DNA from: an uncultured Chloroflexia bacterium
GTDB lineage: Bacteria > Chloroflexota > Anaerolineae > CG2-30-64-16
Direction of reading: 5' to 3'
Assembly (NCBI GenBank): GCA_963810095.1
Contig: CAWEMM010000010.1
Location: forward strand, 32,001 to 96,000
Length of the DNA stretch: 64,000 nucleotides
Part shown: piece after piece, positions 20,816 to 30,073 of the stretch
Layout: the number at the start of each line of letters is the position of its first letter
Numbering within the stretch: position 1 is the stretch's first letter
The notes under the pieces: generated by a model
Database searches by the model: none
The model's input: the letters and a program-made list of their open reading frames with translations, nothing else
What the model was told of the DNA's origin: nothing
Position numbers and translations under genes: made by a program

Positions 20816-21298
20816 ATGCCACTTATGATTGAAGACTTGAGCACCCTCGATTTCGCTCCCCTGGATGCCATCCTCGAGGAGTACGGCGGCCAGAAAGGCG
20901 CAGTGATCCCGATTCTGCAGCATGCGCAGGAAGCCTACGGCTACCTGCCGCGCGAGGTGTTGCAGGAAATCTCGACGCGCACGCACATCCCGCTCAGCAA
21001 CCTGCTTGGCGTTGCCACCTTCTACGCCCAGTTCCGGCTCAGCCGCCGGGGCAAGCACCTGATCCGCGTCTGCGACGGCACCGCCTGCCACGTGCGCGGT
21101 GCGTCGAAGTGCATCGAGTCGGTCGAAAAACAACTCGGCGTGGCCGCAGGCAGCACGTCGGAAGATTACGAATACACAATGGAAATCGTGTATTGCCTGG
21201 GCTCGTGCGGGCTCGCGCCCGTCGCGGTGGTCGACGACAAGGTCTACGGCCGGCTGACGCCGAACAGCCTCGTCGAGCAGCTCGAGGCGCTGGGGTAA
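20816..21298 (+). CDS. NuoE/HydC/HoxE-like [2Fe-2S] subunit
   Basis: GVATFY, CDGTAC and CLGSC. Confidence 0.92.
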   Translation: MPLMIEDLSTLDFAPLDAILEEYGGQKGAVIPILQHAQEAYGYLPREVLQEISTRTHIPLSNLLGVATFYAQFRLSRRGKHLIRVCDGTACHVRGASKCIESVEKQLGVAAGSTSEDYEYTMEIVYCLGSCGLAPVAVVDDKVYGRLTPNSLVEQLEALG

Positions 21299-21308
21299 TC
21301 CCGTTCGG

Positions 21309-21361
21309 GAGACCTGCGGGGGTCTCGACCCTCAGCGAAGCTGAGGCAACCCCGCAGGTGT
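21309..21361. repeat. 'GACCT..AGGT' palindromic element
   Basis: gagacctgcgggggtctc / cctcagc-gaa-gctgagg / accccgcaggt nested hairpins; related to 32127 and 43891. Confidence 0.55.
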
Positions 21362-21373
21362 GAAGATTGACGT

Positions 21374-21997
21374 ATGCTCGAACTCGCCCTGCACGTTCTG
21401 GACATCCTACAGAATACCGTCGAAGCCGGGGCAACCCGCGTCGACGTGAGGATTGCCGAGGATGAACCTGCGGACCGGCTGACTATCACGGTGGCCGACA
21501 ACGGGCGGGGGATGGATGCGCAAACGGTGGAGCGGGTGCTGAACCCGTTTTACACGACCCGGACCACCCGCCACGTCGGGTTAGGGCTGCCGCTCTACGC
21601 CGAGGCAGCCGAGACGGCGGGCGGCGGGCTGACCGTTCAGTCAGAGCCGGGCCAGGGGACGACGGTCGAAGCGACGTTCCGGTTGAGCCACCCGGACCGC
21701 CAGCCGCTCGGCGATATGTCTGGCACGCTGGTGGCTTTCCTGCTGTCAGAGCGGGCGCCGGAGCTGGTGTACAGGCACCGCGTGATAAGAAACCAGGTTT
21801 CTGCCACGCCACGTAGTGGCGCAGAAACACTGGTTTCTCAGGAGCGCGAGTTTACTTTTGACACCGCCGCCATCCGCGCCGAGCTGGATGGCGTGCCGCT
21901 GAACGAGCCCATCGTCGCGCAGTGGCTGGCCGGATTTATCGCCGAAGGCGAGGCTGAAATTAAGAAACCCGGTTTCTCCGAGAAGTTGGGTTTCTAA
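21374..21997 (+). CDS. Histidine-kinase-like ATPase (HydE-type, hydrogenase-operon associated)
   Basis: MLELALHVLDILQN, DNGRGM, PFYTTRTTRHVGLGLP and HPDRQPLGD. Confidence 0.88.
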   Translation: MLELALHVLDILQNTVEAGATRVDVRIAEDEPADRLTITVADNGRGMDAQTVERVLNPFYTTRTTRHVGLGLPLYAEAAETAGGGLTVQSEPGQGTTVEATFRLSHPDRQPLGDMSGTLVAFLLSERAPELVYRHRVIRNQVSATPRSGAETLVSQEREFTFDTAAIRAELDGVPLNEPIVAQWLAGFIAEGEAEIKKPGFSEKLGF

Positions 21998-22008
21998 GGA
22001 GTAACAGA

Positions 22009-22398
22009 ATGCCCAAGCTCAAATCCCTGGATGACCTGAAGCGCGTCCGCGATGAGGCGCAGCAGGCCTTGAAGACCCGATTGGACACCGGCACGACCAT
22101 CATTGTGGGCATGGGCACGTGCGGCATCGCCGCCGGCGCGCGCGACACCATGCACGCGATCCTGGCCGAACTGGCTGCCCGGAACATCGACGCGCACGTG
22201 ACCACGGTAGGCTGCATCGGCCAATGCGTCAAAGAGCCGCTCGTCGACATCGAGCAGGCGGGCCAGCCGCGCATCACCTATGCCAACGTCAGGCCCGACA
22301 TGGTGTCTCGCCTGATCGAAGAGCACCTCATCAACAACCGGCCGGTCGATGAATGGGTGATCGGGCGGCTTGAAACGAACGTTGCACCAACGAACTGA
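22009..22398 (+). CDS. Thioredoxin-like (2Fe-2S) ferredoxin (HydD/HndB-type)
   Basis: VGMGTCGIAAGAR..GCIGQC..EP. Confidence 0.88.
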   Translation: MPKLKSLDDLKRVRDEAQQALKTRLDTGTTIIVGMGTCGIAAGARDTMHAILAELAARNIDAHVTTVGCIGQCVKEPLVDIEQAGQPRITYANVRPDMVSRLIEEHLINNRPVDEWVIGRLETNVAPTN

Positions 22399-22411
22399 AC
22401 GGAGCGGAGCC

Positions 22412-22879
22412 ATGGAACAGTTCACCAGCGTCGAAGCCGTACTCAAGCGGGCCATCCAGCTTGAAGACGAGGCGATGACCATGTACAGCACTGCGGCGCA
22501 GTCGGTCAAGGACGATGCGGTGCGCCAGCGGCTGGAGGAAATGGCGGCACAGGAGCGCGGTCACAAGACCAAGCTCGAAGACGTGCTTTCCGGCAACGTC
22601 CGGTGGGCCATTCGCCGCTCCAAAGCCGAGCCGGTTACGGACCTGCGGCTGAGCGACCACCTGGTCGGTGGGTCGCTGGACCCGAACGCTGACTACCAGG
22701 ACGTGCTGCTCTTTGCGGCACGGCGCGAGAAGGCGGCGCACGATTTTTACAAGGCCATGGGCGAGATGATCGACGACAAGCTCACCCAGAACCTGTTCGA
22801 GATGCTCGCGCAAGAAGAGCTGCGGCACAAGTACGTTCTCGAAAAGACGTACGAAGAGGTCGTTTACAAGGATTTCTAA
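22412..22879 (+). CDS. Ferritin-like/rubrerythrin di-iron protein
   Basis: Two helical repeats AIQLE..Y..QERGH and AARRE..FY..EELRH. Confidence 0.82.
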   Translation: MEQFTSVEAVLKRAIQLEDEAMTMYSTAAQSVKDDAVRQRLEEMAAQERGHKTKLEDVLSGNVRWAIRRSKAEPVTDLRLSDHLVGGSLDPNADYQDVLLFAARREKAAHDFYKAMGEMIDDKLTQNLFEMLAQEELRHKYVLEKTYEEVVYKDF

Positions 22880-22881
22880 AC

Positions 22882-25800
22882 ATGGATAGTAACCTCGTTT
22901 TGAACCCTGGCTCTACGGCCTCTTCTGACCTCTCGCAGGAGGGTTCGCTGCTGCGCGCCGAGGTCTTGATCTGCGGGGGCACGGGCTGCCACTCCTCGAA
23001 TTCGCACGAGGTGGTCACGGCCATCCAGGCAGAGGTAGCCCGCCGCGGGCTCGAGGGCGAAGTACGCGTGGTGCCGACCGGCTGCCGCGGCTTCTGCTCG
23101 ATGGGCCCGGTCATGATGATCTACCCGGAAGGCATCCTTTACTGCCAGGTGCAGGCGTCGGACGTCCCGGAGATCGTCGAAGAGACCCTGCTGAAGGGGC
23201 GCCAGGTGGCCCGGCTGGCCTATCAGGAGCCGAACCAGCACAAGGCGCTGCCCTTCTACCACGACATCCCGTTCTACGGCAAGCAGATCCGCATTGCGCT
23301 GCGCAACTGCGGGTTGATCAACCCGGAGTCGATCGAAGAGTACATCGCCCACGACGGCTATGCGGCGCTGGGCAAGGTGCTCTCGACCATGACGCCGGAG
23401 GACGTGCTGCGCGAGATGAAGGATTCGGGCTTGCGCGGCCGCGGCGGTGCGGGCTTCCTGACCGGCCTGAAGTGGGAATTCGCCCGGCGCAGCCAAAACT
23501 TCCCAAAGTACGTGATCTGCAACGCGGACGAAGGCGACCCCGGCGCGTTCATGGACCGCTCAATCCTGGAAGGCGACCCGCACAGCCTGATGGAAGGCAT
23601 GATCATTGCGGGCTACGCGATCGGCGCCAGCCAGGGGTACGTCTACTGTCGGGCCGAGTACCCGCTCGCGATCCAGCGCCTGAAAACCGCGATCCAGCAG
23701 GCGCACGAGTATGGACTGCTGGGCGAAAACATTCTCGAGTCTGGCTTCTCCTTCGACCTGCGGGTCAAGGAAGGGGCGGGTGCGTTCGTCTGCGGCGAAG
23801 AGACCGCGCTGATGGCCTCGATCGAAGGCAAGCGCGGCGAGCCGCGGCCCCGCCCGCCGTTCCCCGCAGTGGCCGGCCTGTGGGCCAAGCCGTCGAACGT
23901 CAATAACGTCAAATCCTACGCCATGTCGCCCCAGATCATGCTGAAGGGCGCGAAATGGTTCAAGGCTATCGGTCCCGAGAAGTCGCCCGGCACCGCGATC
24001 TTCGCCCTTACCGGCAAGATCAACAACACGGGCCTGATCGAAGTGCCGATGGGCATCTCGCTGGGCGAGATCATTTTCGACGTCGGCGGCGGCATCCCCA
24101 ACGGCAAGCCGTTCAAGGCCGTGCAGACCGGCGGCCCGCTGGGCGGCTGTCTGCCCGCTTCGGCGCTGAACACGCCGGTCGACTTCGACTCGCTCACGGC
24201 GGCCGGCGCGACGATGGGCTCGGGCGGCATGATCGTCGTGGACGACGACACCTGTATGGTCGAGTTCGCCAAGTACTTCCTGCAGTTCGCCACGGCGGAA
24301 TCGTGCGGCAAGTGCGTGCCCTGCCGGGTGGGCGGTATGCGTCTGCTCGAGGTGCTCACGCGCATCAGCGAGGGCCATGGCACGCAGCAGGACGTCGAGG
24401 ATATCAAGTACATTTCGGCCAATATGCAGAGTGCGAGCCTGTGCTCCCTCGGCCAACTTACGCCAGGGCCGGTCATGTCGGCCCTGCGTTTCTTTGCCGA
24501 CGAGTTCCGCGAGCACGTCGACAACCAGAACTGCCCCGCGGGCCAGTGCAAGGCACTGGTGCGCGCGAAGTGCATCAATGCTTGCCCGGCCGGCGTCGAA
24601 AGCCCGGCCTACCTGGCCCTGGTCGCCCAGGGCCGCTACGCGGAAGGGCTTGAAGTCCATCGCCAGCGCAACCCGTTCGCGTCGATCTGCGGCCGGGTGT
24701 GCCCCGCCTTCTGCGAGCAGAAGTGCCGCCGCGGCGAGATCGACGAGGCGATCAGCATCCGGTTGGTCAAGCGCTTTATGGCCGATCACGAGTTCACCAC
24801 GCCGTGGGCGCCGGCAAAGAGCGAGAGCGAGAAGGTGCTGCACGTCGGCGTCGTGGGCGCGGGCCCGGGCGGCCTCACCGCCGCGCTGCGGCTGGCGCAA
24901 AAGGGCTACAAGGTCACCGTCTACGAGAAGCTGCCCATCCCGGGCGGCATGATGGCGGTCGGCATCCCCGACTACCGCCTGCCAACCGACGCGCTCCTGA
25001 GCGAAATCCAGAACGTCATGCGGGCCGGCGTCGAGATCAAGTGCGGCACCGCCCTGGGCGCCGACTTCACCCTGGACGACCTCTTCGAGAAGGAACTCTG
25101 CAACGCGATCGTGCTCGCGATCGGCGCACACAAGAGCCGCAAGCTGGGCATTCCGGGCGAGGAGAAGTCGGGCGTGCTGCACGGCACCGACTTCCTGCGC
25201 GAGGTGGGCCTGGTGCAGCGAGGGGCCGGCGTGGGCACTCTGCCGGACGTCGCGGGGAAGAAGGTCGCCGTGGTCGGCGGCGGCAACGTGGCGCTGGACG
25301 CCGCTCGCACGGCCTGGCGGCTGGGCGCCAGCGAGGTCCACGTGATCTACCGCCGCACGCGGGTCGACATGCCTGCGTATGCGGAAGAGGTCAAGGCCGC
25401 GGATGAGGAAGGTATCCAGTTCCACTTCCTCGCCAACCCGGTCGAGGTGATCGGCGGCGACAAGGTTACCGGTGTCGTGGTGCAGCGGCAGCGCCTGGGC
25501 GAGTTCGACCAGGGCGGACGCCGGCGCCCCGTGCCCATCGAGGGCGACACCTTCGTCCTGCCGGTCGACATGGTCGTCCCTGCCATCGGCCAGACGACCG
25601 ACACGTCGTGGATGCAGAAGGCCGGCATCCAGGCCAGCCGCGGCAGCACCTTTGTGGTGGGAGACGCGTACCAGACCTCACGCGGCGGCGTCTTCGCTTG
25701 CGGCGATGCGGTGAGCGGACCCGCAACGGTCATCGAGGCGGTGGCGCAGGGCAACCTGGTGTCGGTTGCGGTCGACCACTGGCTGAAGACGGGCGAATAC

Positions 25801-26088
25801 CAGCGGCCGAAATACGAGACGCCCCGGCTGGACGTGCCCCAGCTTTACAACCTGGACGACTACGCCACCGCGCAGCGGCCCCACGTCCCTGAGCTCGAAC
25901 TCGGCAACCGGGCCGGCTCGTTCAAAGAAGTCGAATTGGGCTATGACGAGCACACGGCGCGCGAAGAAGCGCGGCGCTGCCTGCGCTGCGACCTGGAGTG
26001 GCTCGACTACATGAAGCTACCGCGTCCGGTGGCTGAACCGGTCGTCGAGCAGGCGCCCCTGGCGGGGGACCCCCTTGCGAGGGGATAG
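22882..26088 (+). CDS. NuoF/HydB-like FMN-NAD(H) subunit fused to GltD/NfnB-type FAD-NADP(H) oxidoreductase
   Basis: CGGTGC/CRGFC, GLRGRGGAG, NADEGDPG, CGEETAL, CGKCVPC..C; then CINACP..CGRVCPAFCEQKC, GAGPGG, GGGNVA..YRR and RCLRC. Confidence 0.9.
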   Translation: MDSNLVLNPGSTASSDLSQEGSLLRAEVLICGGTGCHSSNSHEVVTAIQAEVARRGLEGEVRVVPTGCRGFCSMGPVMMIYPEGILYCQVQASDVPEIVEETLLKGRQVARLAYQEPNQHKALPFYHDIPFYGKQIRIALRNCGLINPESIEEYIAHDGYAALGKVLSTMTPEDVLREMKDSGLRGRGGAGFLTGLKWEFARRSQNFPKYVICNADEGDPGAFMDRSILEGDPHSLMEGMIIAGYAIGASQGYVYCRAEYPLAIQRLKTAIQQAHEYGLLGENILESGFSFDLRVKEGAGAFVCGEETALMASIEGKRGEPRPRPPFPAVAGLWAKPSNVNNVKSYAMSPQIMLKGAKWFKAIGPEKSPGTAIFALTGKINNTGLIEVPMGISLGEIIFDVGGGIPNGKPFKAVQTGGPLGGCLPASALNTPVDFDSLTAAGATMGSGGMIVVDDDTCMVEFAKYFLQFATAESCGKCVPCRVGGMRLLEVLTRISEGHGTQQDVEDIKYISANMQSASLCSLGQLTPGPVMSALRFFADEFREHVDNQNCPAGQCKALVRAKCINACPAGVESPAYLALVAQGRYAEGLEVHRQRNPFASICGRVCPAFCEQKCRRGEIDEAISIRLVKRFMADHEFTTPWAPAKSESEKVLHVGVVGAGPGGLTAALRLAQKGYKVTVYEKLPIPGGMMAVGIPDYRLPTDALLSEIQNVMRAGVEIKCGTALGADFTLDDLFEKELCNAIVLAIGAHKSRKLGIPGEEKSGVLHGTDFLREVGLVQRGAGVGTLPDVAGKKVAVVGGGNVALDAARTAWRLGASEVHVIYRRTRVDMPAYAEEVKAADEEGIQFHFLANPVEVIGGDKVTGVVVQRQRLGEFDQGGRRRPVPIEGDTFVLPVDMVVPAIGQTTDTSWMQKAGIQASRGSTFVVGDAYQTSRGGVFACGDAVSGPATVIEAVAQGNLVSVAVDHWLKTGEYQRPKYETPRLDVPQLYNLDDYATAQRPHVPELELGNRAGSFKEVELGYDEHTAREEARRCLRCDLEWLDYMKLPRPVAEPVVEQAPLAGDPLARG

Positions 26089-26109
26089 AAGGGAGGCAGC
26101 TTCACCACA

Positions 26110-27867
26110 ATGGCACTCGTAAACATCACCATCAACGGTCAGAAGCTACAGTGCCAGGCGGGACAGACGGTGTTGCAGGTGGCGCGAGCCAGCGACATCG
26201 ACATCCCGACCCTGTGCGACCACCCGGCAGTCACCCCATGGGGCGGTTGCCGCATGTGCCTGGTGGAGATCGAGAAGCAGCGCGGCCTCCAGCCAGCTTG
26301 TACGTTCCCCGTCTCCGAAGGGATGGTCGTTGCCACGCACAGCGAGCGCGTTGTCGCGGCCCGCAAGTTCGTGCTCGAGCTGCTCTTCTCCGAGCGGGTG
26401 CATTACTGCATGTACTGCGCGATGAGCGGCAACGAGGGCACGACGCAGTGCGAGCTCCAGGCCCTGGCCTACGAGCACGGCTTGACCCACTGGCGCTATG
26501 AGCCCAACACCAGCCACCCGTGGCCCGTCGACGGCTCGCGCAAGTACTTCTTCATGGATCACAGCCGCTGCATCTTGTGCCGCCGCTGCATTCGGGCGTG
26601 CGACGAGGTGGCGGCGAACCACACGCTGGGCGTGCGCGAGCGCGGCGCGAAGACGATGATCATCGCCGACGTGGACGTTCCGCTTGGCGAGTCGAGCTGC
26701 GTTTCGTGCGGCTCCTGCCTCCAGGTGTGCCCGACCGGCGCCCTGATCGACCGGCGCTCGGCTTACATGGGCGGGACCGGCGAGCTGCAGCGCAAGCAGA
26801 CGACCTGCACCGCTTGTTCCGTCGGCTGCACGGTCGAAGCCGTCTACCGGAGCAACCAACTCCTGCGCGTTGAAGGCGTGTGGGACGCGCCGAACGGCGG
26901 CTTGCTGTGCGTCAAGGGCCGCTTTGAGACCACCGAGCCGAAGCCGAAGCGGGTGACCAGCCCGATGATCAAGCGGGACGGCGAGTGGGTCAAGGCGACC
27001 TGGCCTGAGGCGACCGAGTTCGTGGCGGGCAAGCTGAAGGACGCCGGCAAGGTGGCCGGCCTGGCGTCGCCGCGGGCGACCGTGGAGTCGCTGGGCGTAT
27101 TCAAGCACCTGCTGGCCGACGTGTTGCACAGCGACCAGATCGGCTTGCTCTACGGCGCGGCGCCCCAGGACCTGGGGCCCAAAGCGAGCCTCGCGACGGT
27201 GGCGGGCGCGGATTGCATCATCCTCGTCGGCGGCGATCCGCTCGACGGGCAGAAGGTGTTGGGTTACAAGGTCAAGCGGGCCGTGGACCTGGGCGCGGCG
27301 CTCACAATCGTTGCCGACGGACCCAATGCGCTCGATCCTTGGGCAGCCCGGCACTTGCCGATGAGTGAACTGAGCGAGGTTGCGACGGCCATCGCGGCTG
27401 CGGTACGCCCGGTCGTGCTCTACGCCGCGCATCTGCCCCCCGACGTCTATTCCTTCCTGCGCAGCCTGCCCGAGAAGACGCGCTACCTGGGGCTGGTCGA
27501 GGGCGCGAATGCGGCGGGCGCGGCGCAAATGGGGATCAAGGCCAAGGCTGTGACGGGCGATGCACTGTTTGTGCTGGCCGCAGACGAGACGAAGGACGGG
27601 CACCAGCTGCCCCCGGCCGCGTTCACCGTGGTGCAAGCAGCGTACTGGACGCCGACCGCCGAGCAGGCCGATGTGGTACTGCCCAGCCTGGACTGGTCGG
27701 AACAGCAGGGGCACGTGATCAATATGGAAGGCGCGAGCCTGCCGGTTCAGCCGTTCCTGCAGCCGCCGGCCGGCGTGCAGGCGGACGTAGCGACGCTGGG
27801 CGCGCTGGCGACCCGGCTGCGCGAGCCCGCGGCGCGGGCGTCCTGGCCCCAGGCAGAGAGGAGCTAG
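26110..27867 (+). CDS. NuoG/HydA/HoxU-like Fe-S subunit with degenerate molybdopterin-oxidoreductase domain
   Basis: [2Fe-2S] CDH..CRMC..C, HYCMYC..C, CILCRRC..C, CVSCGSC..C, CTACSVGC..C; no H-cluster motifs. Confidence 0.85.
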   Translation: MALVNITINGQKLQCQAGQTVLQVARASDIDIPTLCDHPAVTPWGGCRMCLVEIEKQRGLQPACTFPVSEGMVVATHSERVVAARKFVLELLFSERVHYCMYCAMSGNEGTTQCELQALAYEHGLTHWRYEPNTSHPWPVDGSRKYFFMDHSRCILCRRCIRACDEVAANHTLGVRERGAKTMIIADVDVPLGESSCVSCGSCLQVCPTGALIDRRSAYMGGTGELQRKQTTCTACSVGCTVEAVYRSNQLLRVEGVWDAPNGGLLCVKGRFETTEPKPKRVTSPMIKRDGEWVKATWPEATEFVAGKLKDAGKVAGLASPRATVESLGVFKHLLADVLHSDQIGLLYGAAPQDLGPKASLATVAGADCIILVGGDPLDGQKVLGYKVKRAVDLGAALTIVADGPNALDPWAARHLPMSELSEVATAIAAAVRPVVLYAAHLPPDVYSFLRSLPEKTRYLGLVEGANAAGAAQMGIKAKAVTGDALFVLAADETKDGHQLPPAAFTVVQAAYWTPTAEQADVVLPSLDWSEQQGHVINMEGASLPVQPFLQPPAGVQADVATLGALATRLREPAARASWPQAERS

Positions 27868-27871
27868 CCGC

Positions 27872-28420
27872 ATGGCTGAGAATGAAAAGCCAACAGTCGC
27901 CAGTGAGTGGCTGACGGGCTGCGCAGGCTGCCACATGTCCTTGTTGGATATGGACGAGCGTATCGTCGACATTGTAACGGCTGCGACGCTGTGGTCGACG
28001 CCGATCACCGATCTGAAGCATCCGCCGGAAGAAGGCGTCACGGTCGGCATCCTCGAGGGGGGCATCAACAACTCCACAACCGAGGAAGTCGCCAAGATGA
28101 TGCGGGCGCGCTCGAAGATCCTGATTGCCTTGGGCGACTGCGCGGTGTTCGGCGGCGTGCCGGCCATGCGCAACGCTTGCGGCATCCAGGAGGCGCTCCA
28201 ACGGGCATACGTGGAGAGCGAGAGCACGGTCGACGGCCAGATCCCGAACCACCCGGACATCGCGGTGATGCAGGAGACCCGGCCCATCGACGCCGTCGTG
28301 CCGGTCGACATCTACTTGCCCGGCTGTGCACCGAGTGCAGACGCGATCTTCTACGTGTTGTTCGAGCTGGCAAACGGCCGCATGCCCGAGGTCAAGGGCA
28401 AATTCCTGGACTGGCATTAA
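27872..28420 (+). CDS. hoxY: Group 3 [NiFe]-hydrogenase small subunit
   Basis: [12 protein letters not shown] and PGCAP; 182 aa with only the proximal cluster. Confidence 0.88.
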   Translation: MAENEKPTVASEWLTGCAGCHMSLLDMDERIVDIVTAATLWSTPITDLKHPPEEGVTVGILEGGINNSTTEEVAKMMRARSKILIALGDCAVFGGVPAMRNACGIQEALQRAYVESESTVDGQIPNHPDIAVMQETRPIDAVVPVDIYLPGCAPSADAIFYVLFELANGRMPEVKGKFLDWH

Positions 28421-28429
28421 GGGGGACGT

Positions 28430-29854
28430 ATGCCAACGAAGATCATGATTGAGCCCGTAACCCGCATCGAGGGACACGCCAAGGTTGGCGTGTACCTGGA
28501 CGACCAGGGCCAGGTGGAAAAGGCGGTCTTCCACGTCAACGAGTTCCGCGGCTTCGAGAAGTTCTGCGAAGGCCGCATGTTCTTCGAGATGCCGCTCATC
28601 ACCGAGCGCATCTGCGGCATCTGCCCGGTGAGCCATCATCTGGCTAGTGCTAAGGCATGCGACCAGATTGTGGGCGCGGACGTGCCGCGGCCGGCCAGTC
28701 TGCTGCGCGAGCTGATGCACATGGGGCAGATCATCCAGTCTCACTCCATGCATGTGTTCGAACTGGGCGGGCCCGATCTGTTGCTGGGGTTTGACTGCGA
28801 CCCGAAGATCCGCAACGTTGTGGGGCTGTATGGCGCGAACCCCGAGCTGACCGTCAAGGCGATCGGCCTGCGCAAGTACGGCCAGGACATCATCGCGCGG
28901 CTGGGCGGCCGGCGCGTGCACCCGAACTTCGCGGTGCCGGGCGGCGTGAACCAGGCGCTGGCGGTGACCGACCGCGACGCGCTGCTGGGCGGGATCGATG
29001 GGACTATCGCGGACATCCGCCTGGGTCTTGGCATCATCAAGGGCTGGGTGGAGGCGAACTACGAGGATGTCGCCAAGTTCGGCGTCTTCTCCACCAACTA
29101 CCTCGGCATGGTCGACGAAAACAACGCGGTGCAGCTCTACGATGGCGACGTGCGTATCGTGGACAAGCAGCGGCAGTTCATCAACAAGTTCGACGGCCGC
29201 AAGTACCTCGACTACATCAGCGAGCGGGTGGAGAACTGGACGTACCTGAAGTTCCCGTACTACAAATCGCTGGGCTGGCCAGACGGCGTGTATCGCGTCG
29301 GGCCGCTGGGCCGGCTCAACGCGGCCGAACGCATGGCCACGCCGCTGGCGCAGGAAGAGTATGAAATCTTCCAGCAGGTGCGCGGGGGCCAGGTGCTCGA
29401 GGGAACTCTATACTACCACTACGCCCGCATGATTGAGGACTTGTACGCGGCCGAGCGGGCGAAGGAAATCCTGCTCGACCCGGATGTGCTCAGCACGGAC
29501 ATCCAAGATAACCGCCCGGTGACCAACGCCGAGGGCGTGGGCGTCATCGAAGCCCCGCGCGGCACGCTGTGGCATCACTACTGGGTCGACGAGAACGGTC
29601 AGCTCGAAAAGGTCAACCTGATCGTGGCAACGGGCAACAACAACTGGGCCATGAGCAAGGCGGTCGACTCGGTGGCGAAGACCTACGTGGACGGCAAGAA
29701 CGTCACGGAGGGCCAGCTCAACCGCATCGAAGCGGCCATCCGGGCCTATGACCCGTGCCTGTCGTGCTCCACGCATGCGCTCGGGCAGATGCCGCTCGAA
29801 GTCGTGGTGTATGACGACTCGGGAGACGAAGTCAACCGGGTCATGCGCGGATAA
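28430..29854 (+). CDS. hoxH: Group 3 (3d-like) [NiFe]-hydrogenase large subunit
   Basis: [18 protein letters not shown] (L1), [14 protein letters not shown] (L2) plus a cleavable C-terminal tail. Confidence 0.93.
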   Translation: MPTKIMIEPVTRIEGHAKVGVYLDDQGQVEKAVFHVNEFRGFEKFCEGRMFFEMPLITERICGICPVSHHLASAKACDQIVGADVPRPASLLRELMHMGQIIQSHSMHVFELGGPDLLLGFDCDPKIRNVVGLYGANPELTVKAIGLRKYGQDIIARLGGRRVHPNFAVPGGVNQALAVTDRDALLGGIDGTIADIRLGLGIIKGWVEANYEDVAKFGVFSTNYLGMVDENNAVQLYDGDVRIVDKQRQFINKFDGRKYLDYISERVENWTYLKFPYYKSLGWPDGVYRVGPLGRLNAAERMATPLAQEEYEIFQQVRGGQVLEGTLYYHYARMIEDLYAAERAKEILLDPDVLSTDIQDNRPVTNAEGVGVIEAPRGTLWHHYWVDENGQLEKVNLIVATGNNNWAMSKAVDSVAKTYVDGKNVTEGQLNRIEAAIRAYDPCLSCSTHALGQMPLEVVVYDDSGDEVNRVMRG

Positions 29855-29870
29855 GCTACGCTCCTACTGC

Positions 29871-29921
29871 AACATGGGCGCGACTGCGGCGGCCAGCGGC
29901 CGCCGCAGTCGCGCCCATGTT
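29871..29921. terminator. Perfect 24-bp hairpin ending the hydrogenase operon
   Basis: aacatgggcgcgactgcggcggcc-agc-ggccgccgcagtcgcgcccatgtt. Confidence 0.6.
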
Positions 29922-30073
29922 TGTTCCCCAAGCCCCCGCGCTCCCTCCGCGCGCCGGCCACGATCGCCCCTTGCGTTTAGACACTTTCGCCGTGCTGGTG
30001 TACGATCTGTTCAATCTGATTCTCGGTTGGTCAGTCTCTGCGCGCGTTCCGAGTAGTATGGAGGAACGGCCGG

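Noticed and set aside
26110-27867. [FeFe]-hydrogenase or formate dehydrogenase call for the HydA-like subunit
   Set aside because: No H-cluster P1-P3 motifs and no Mo-ligand Cys/Sec motif; it appears to be an electron-transfer subunit.
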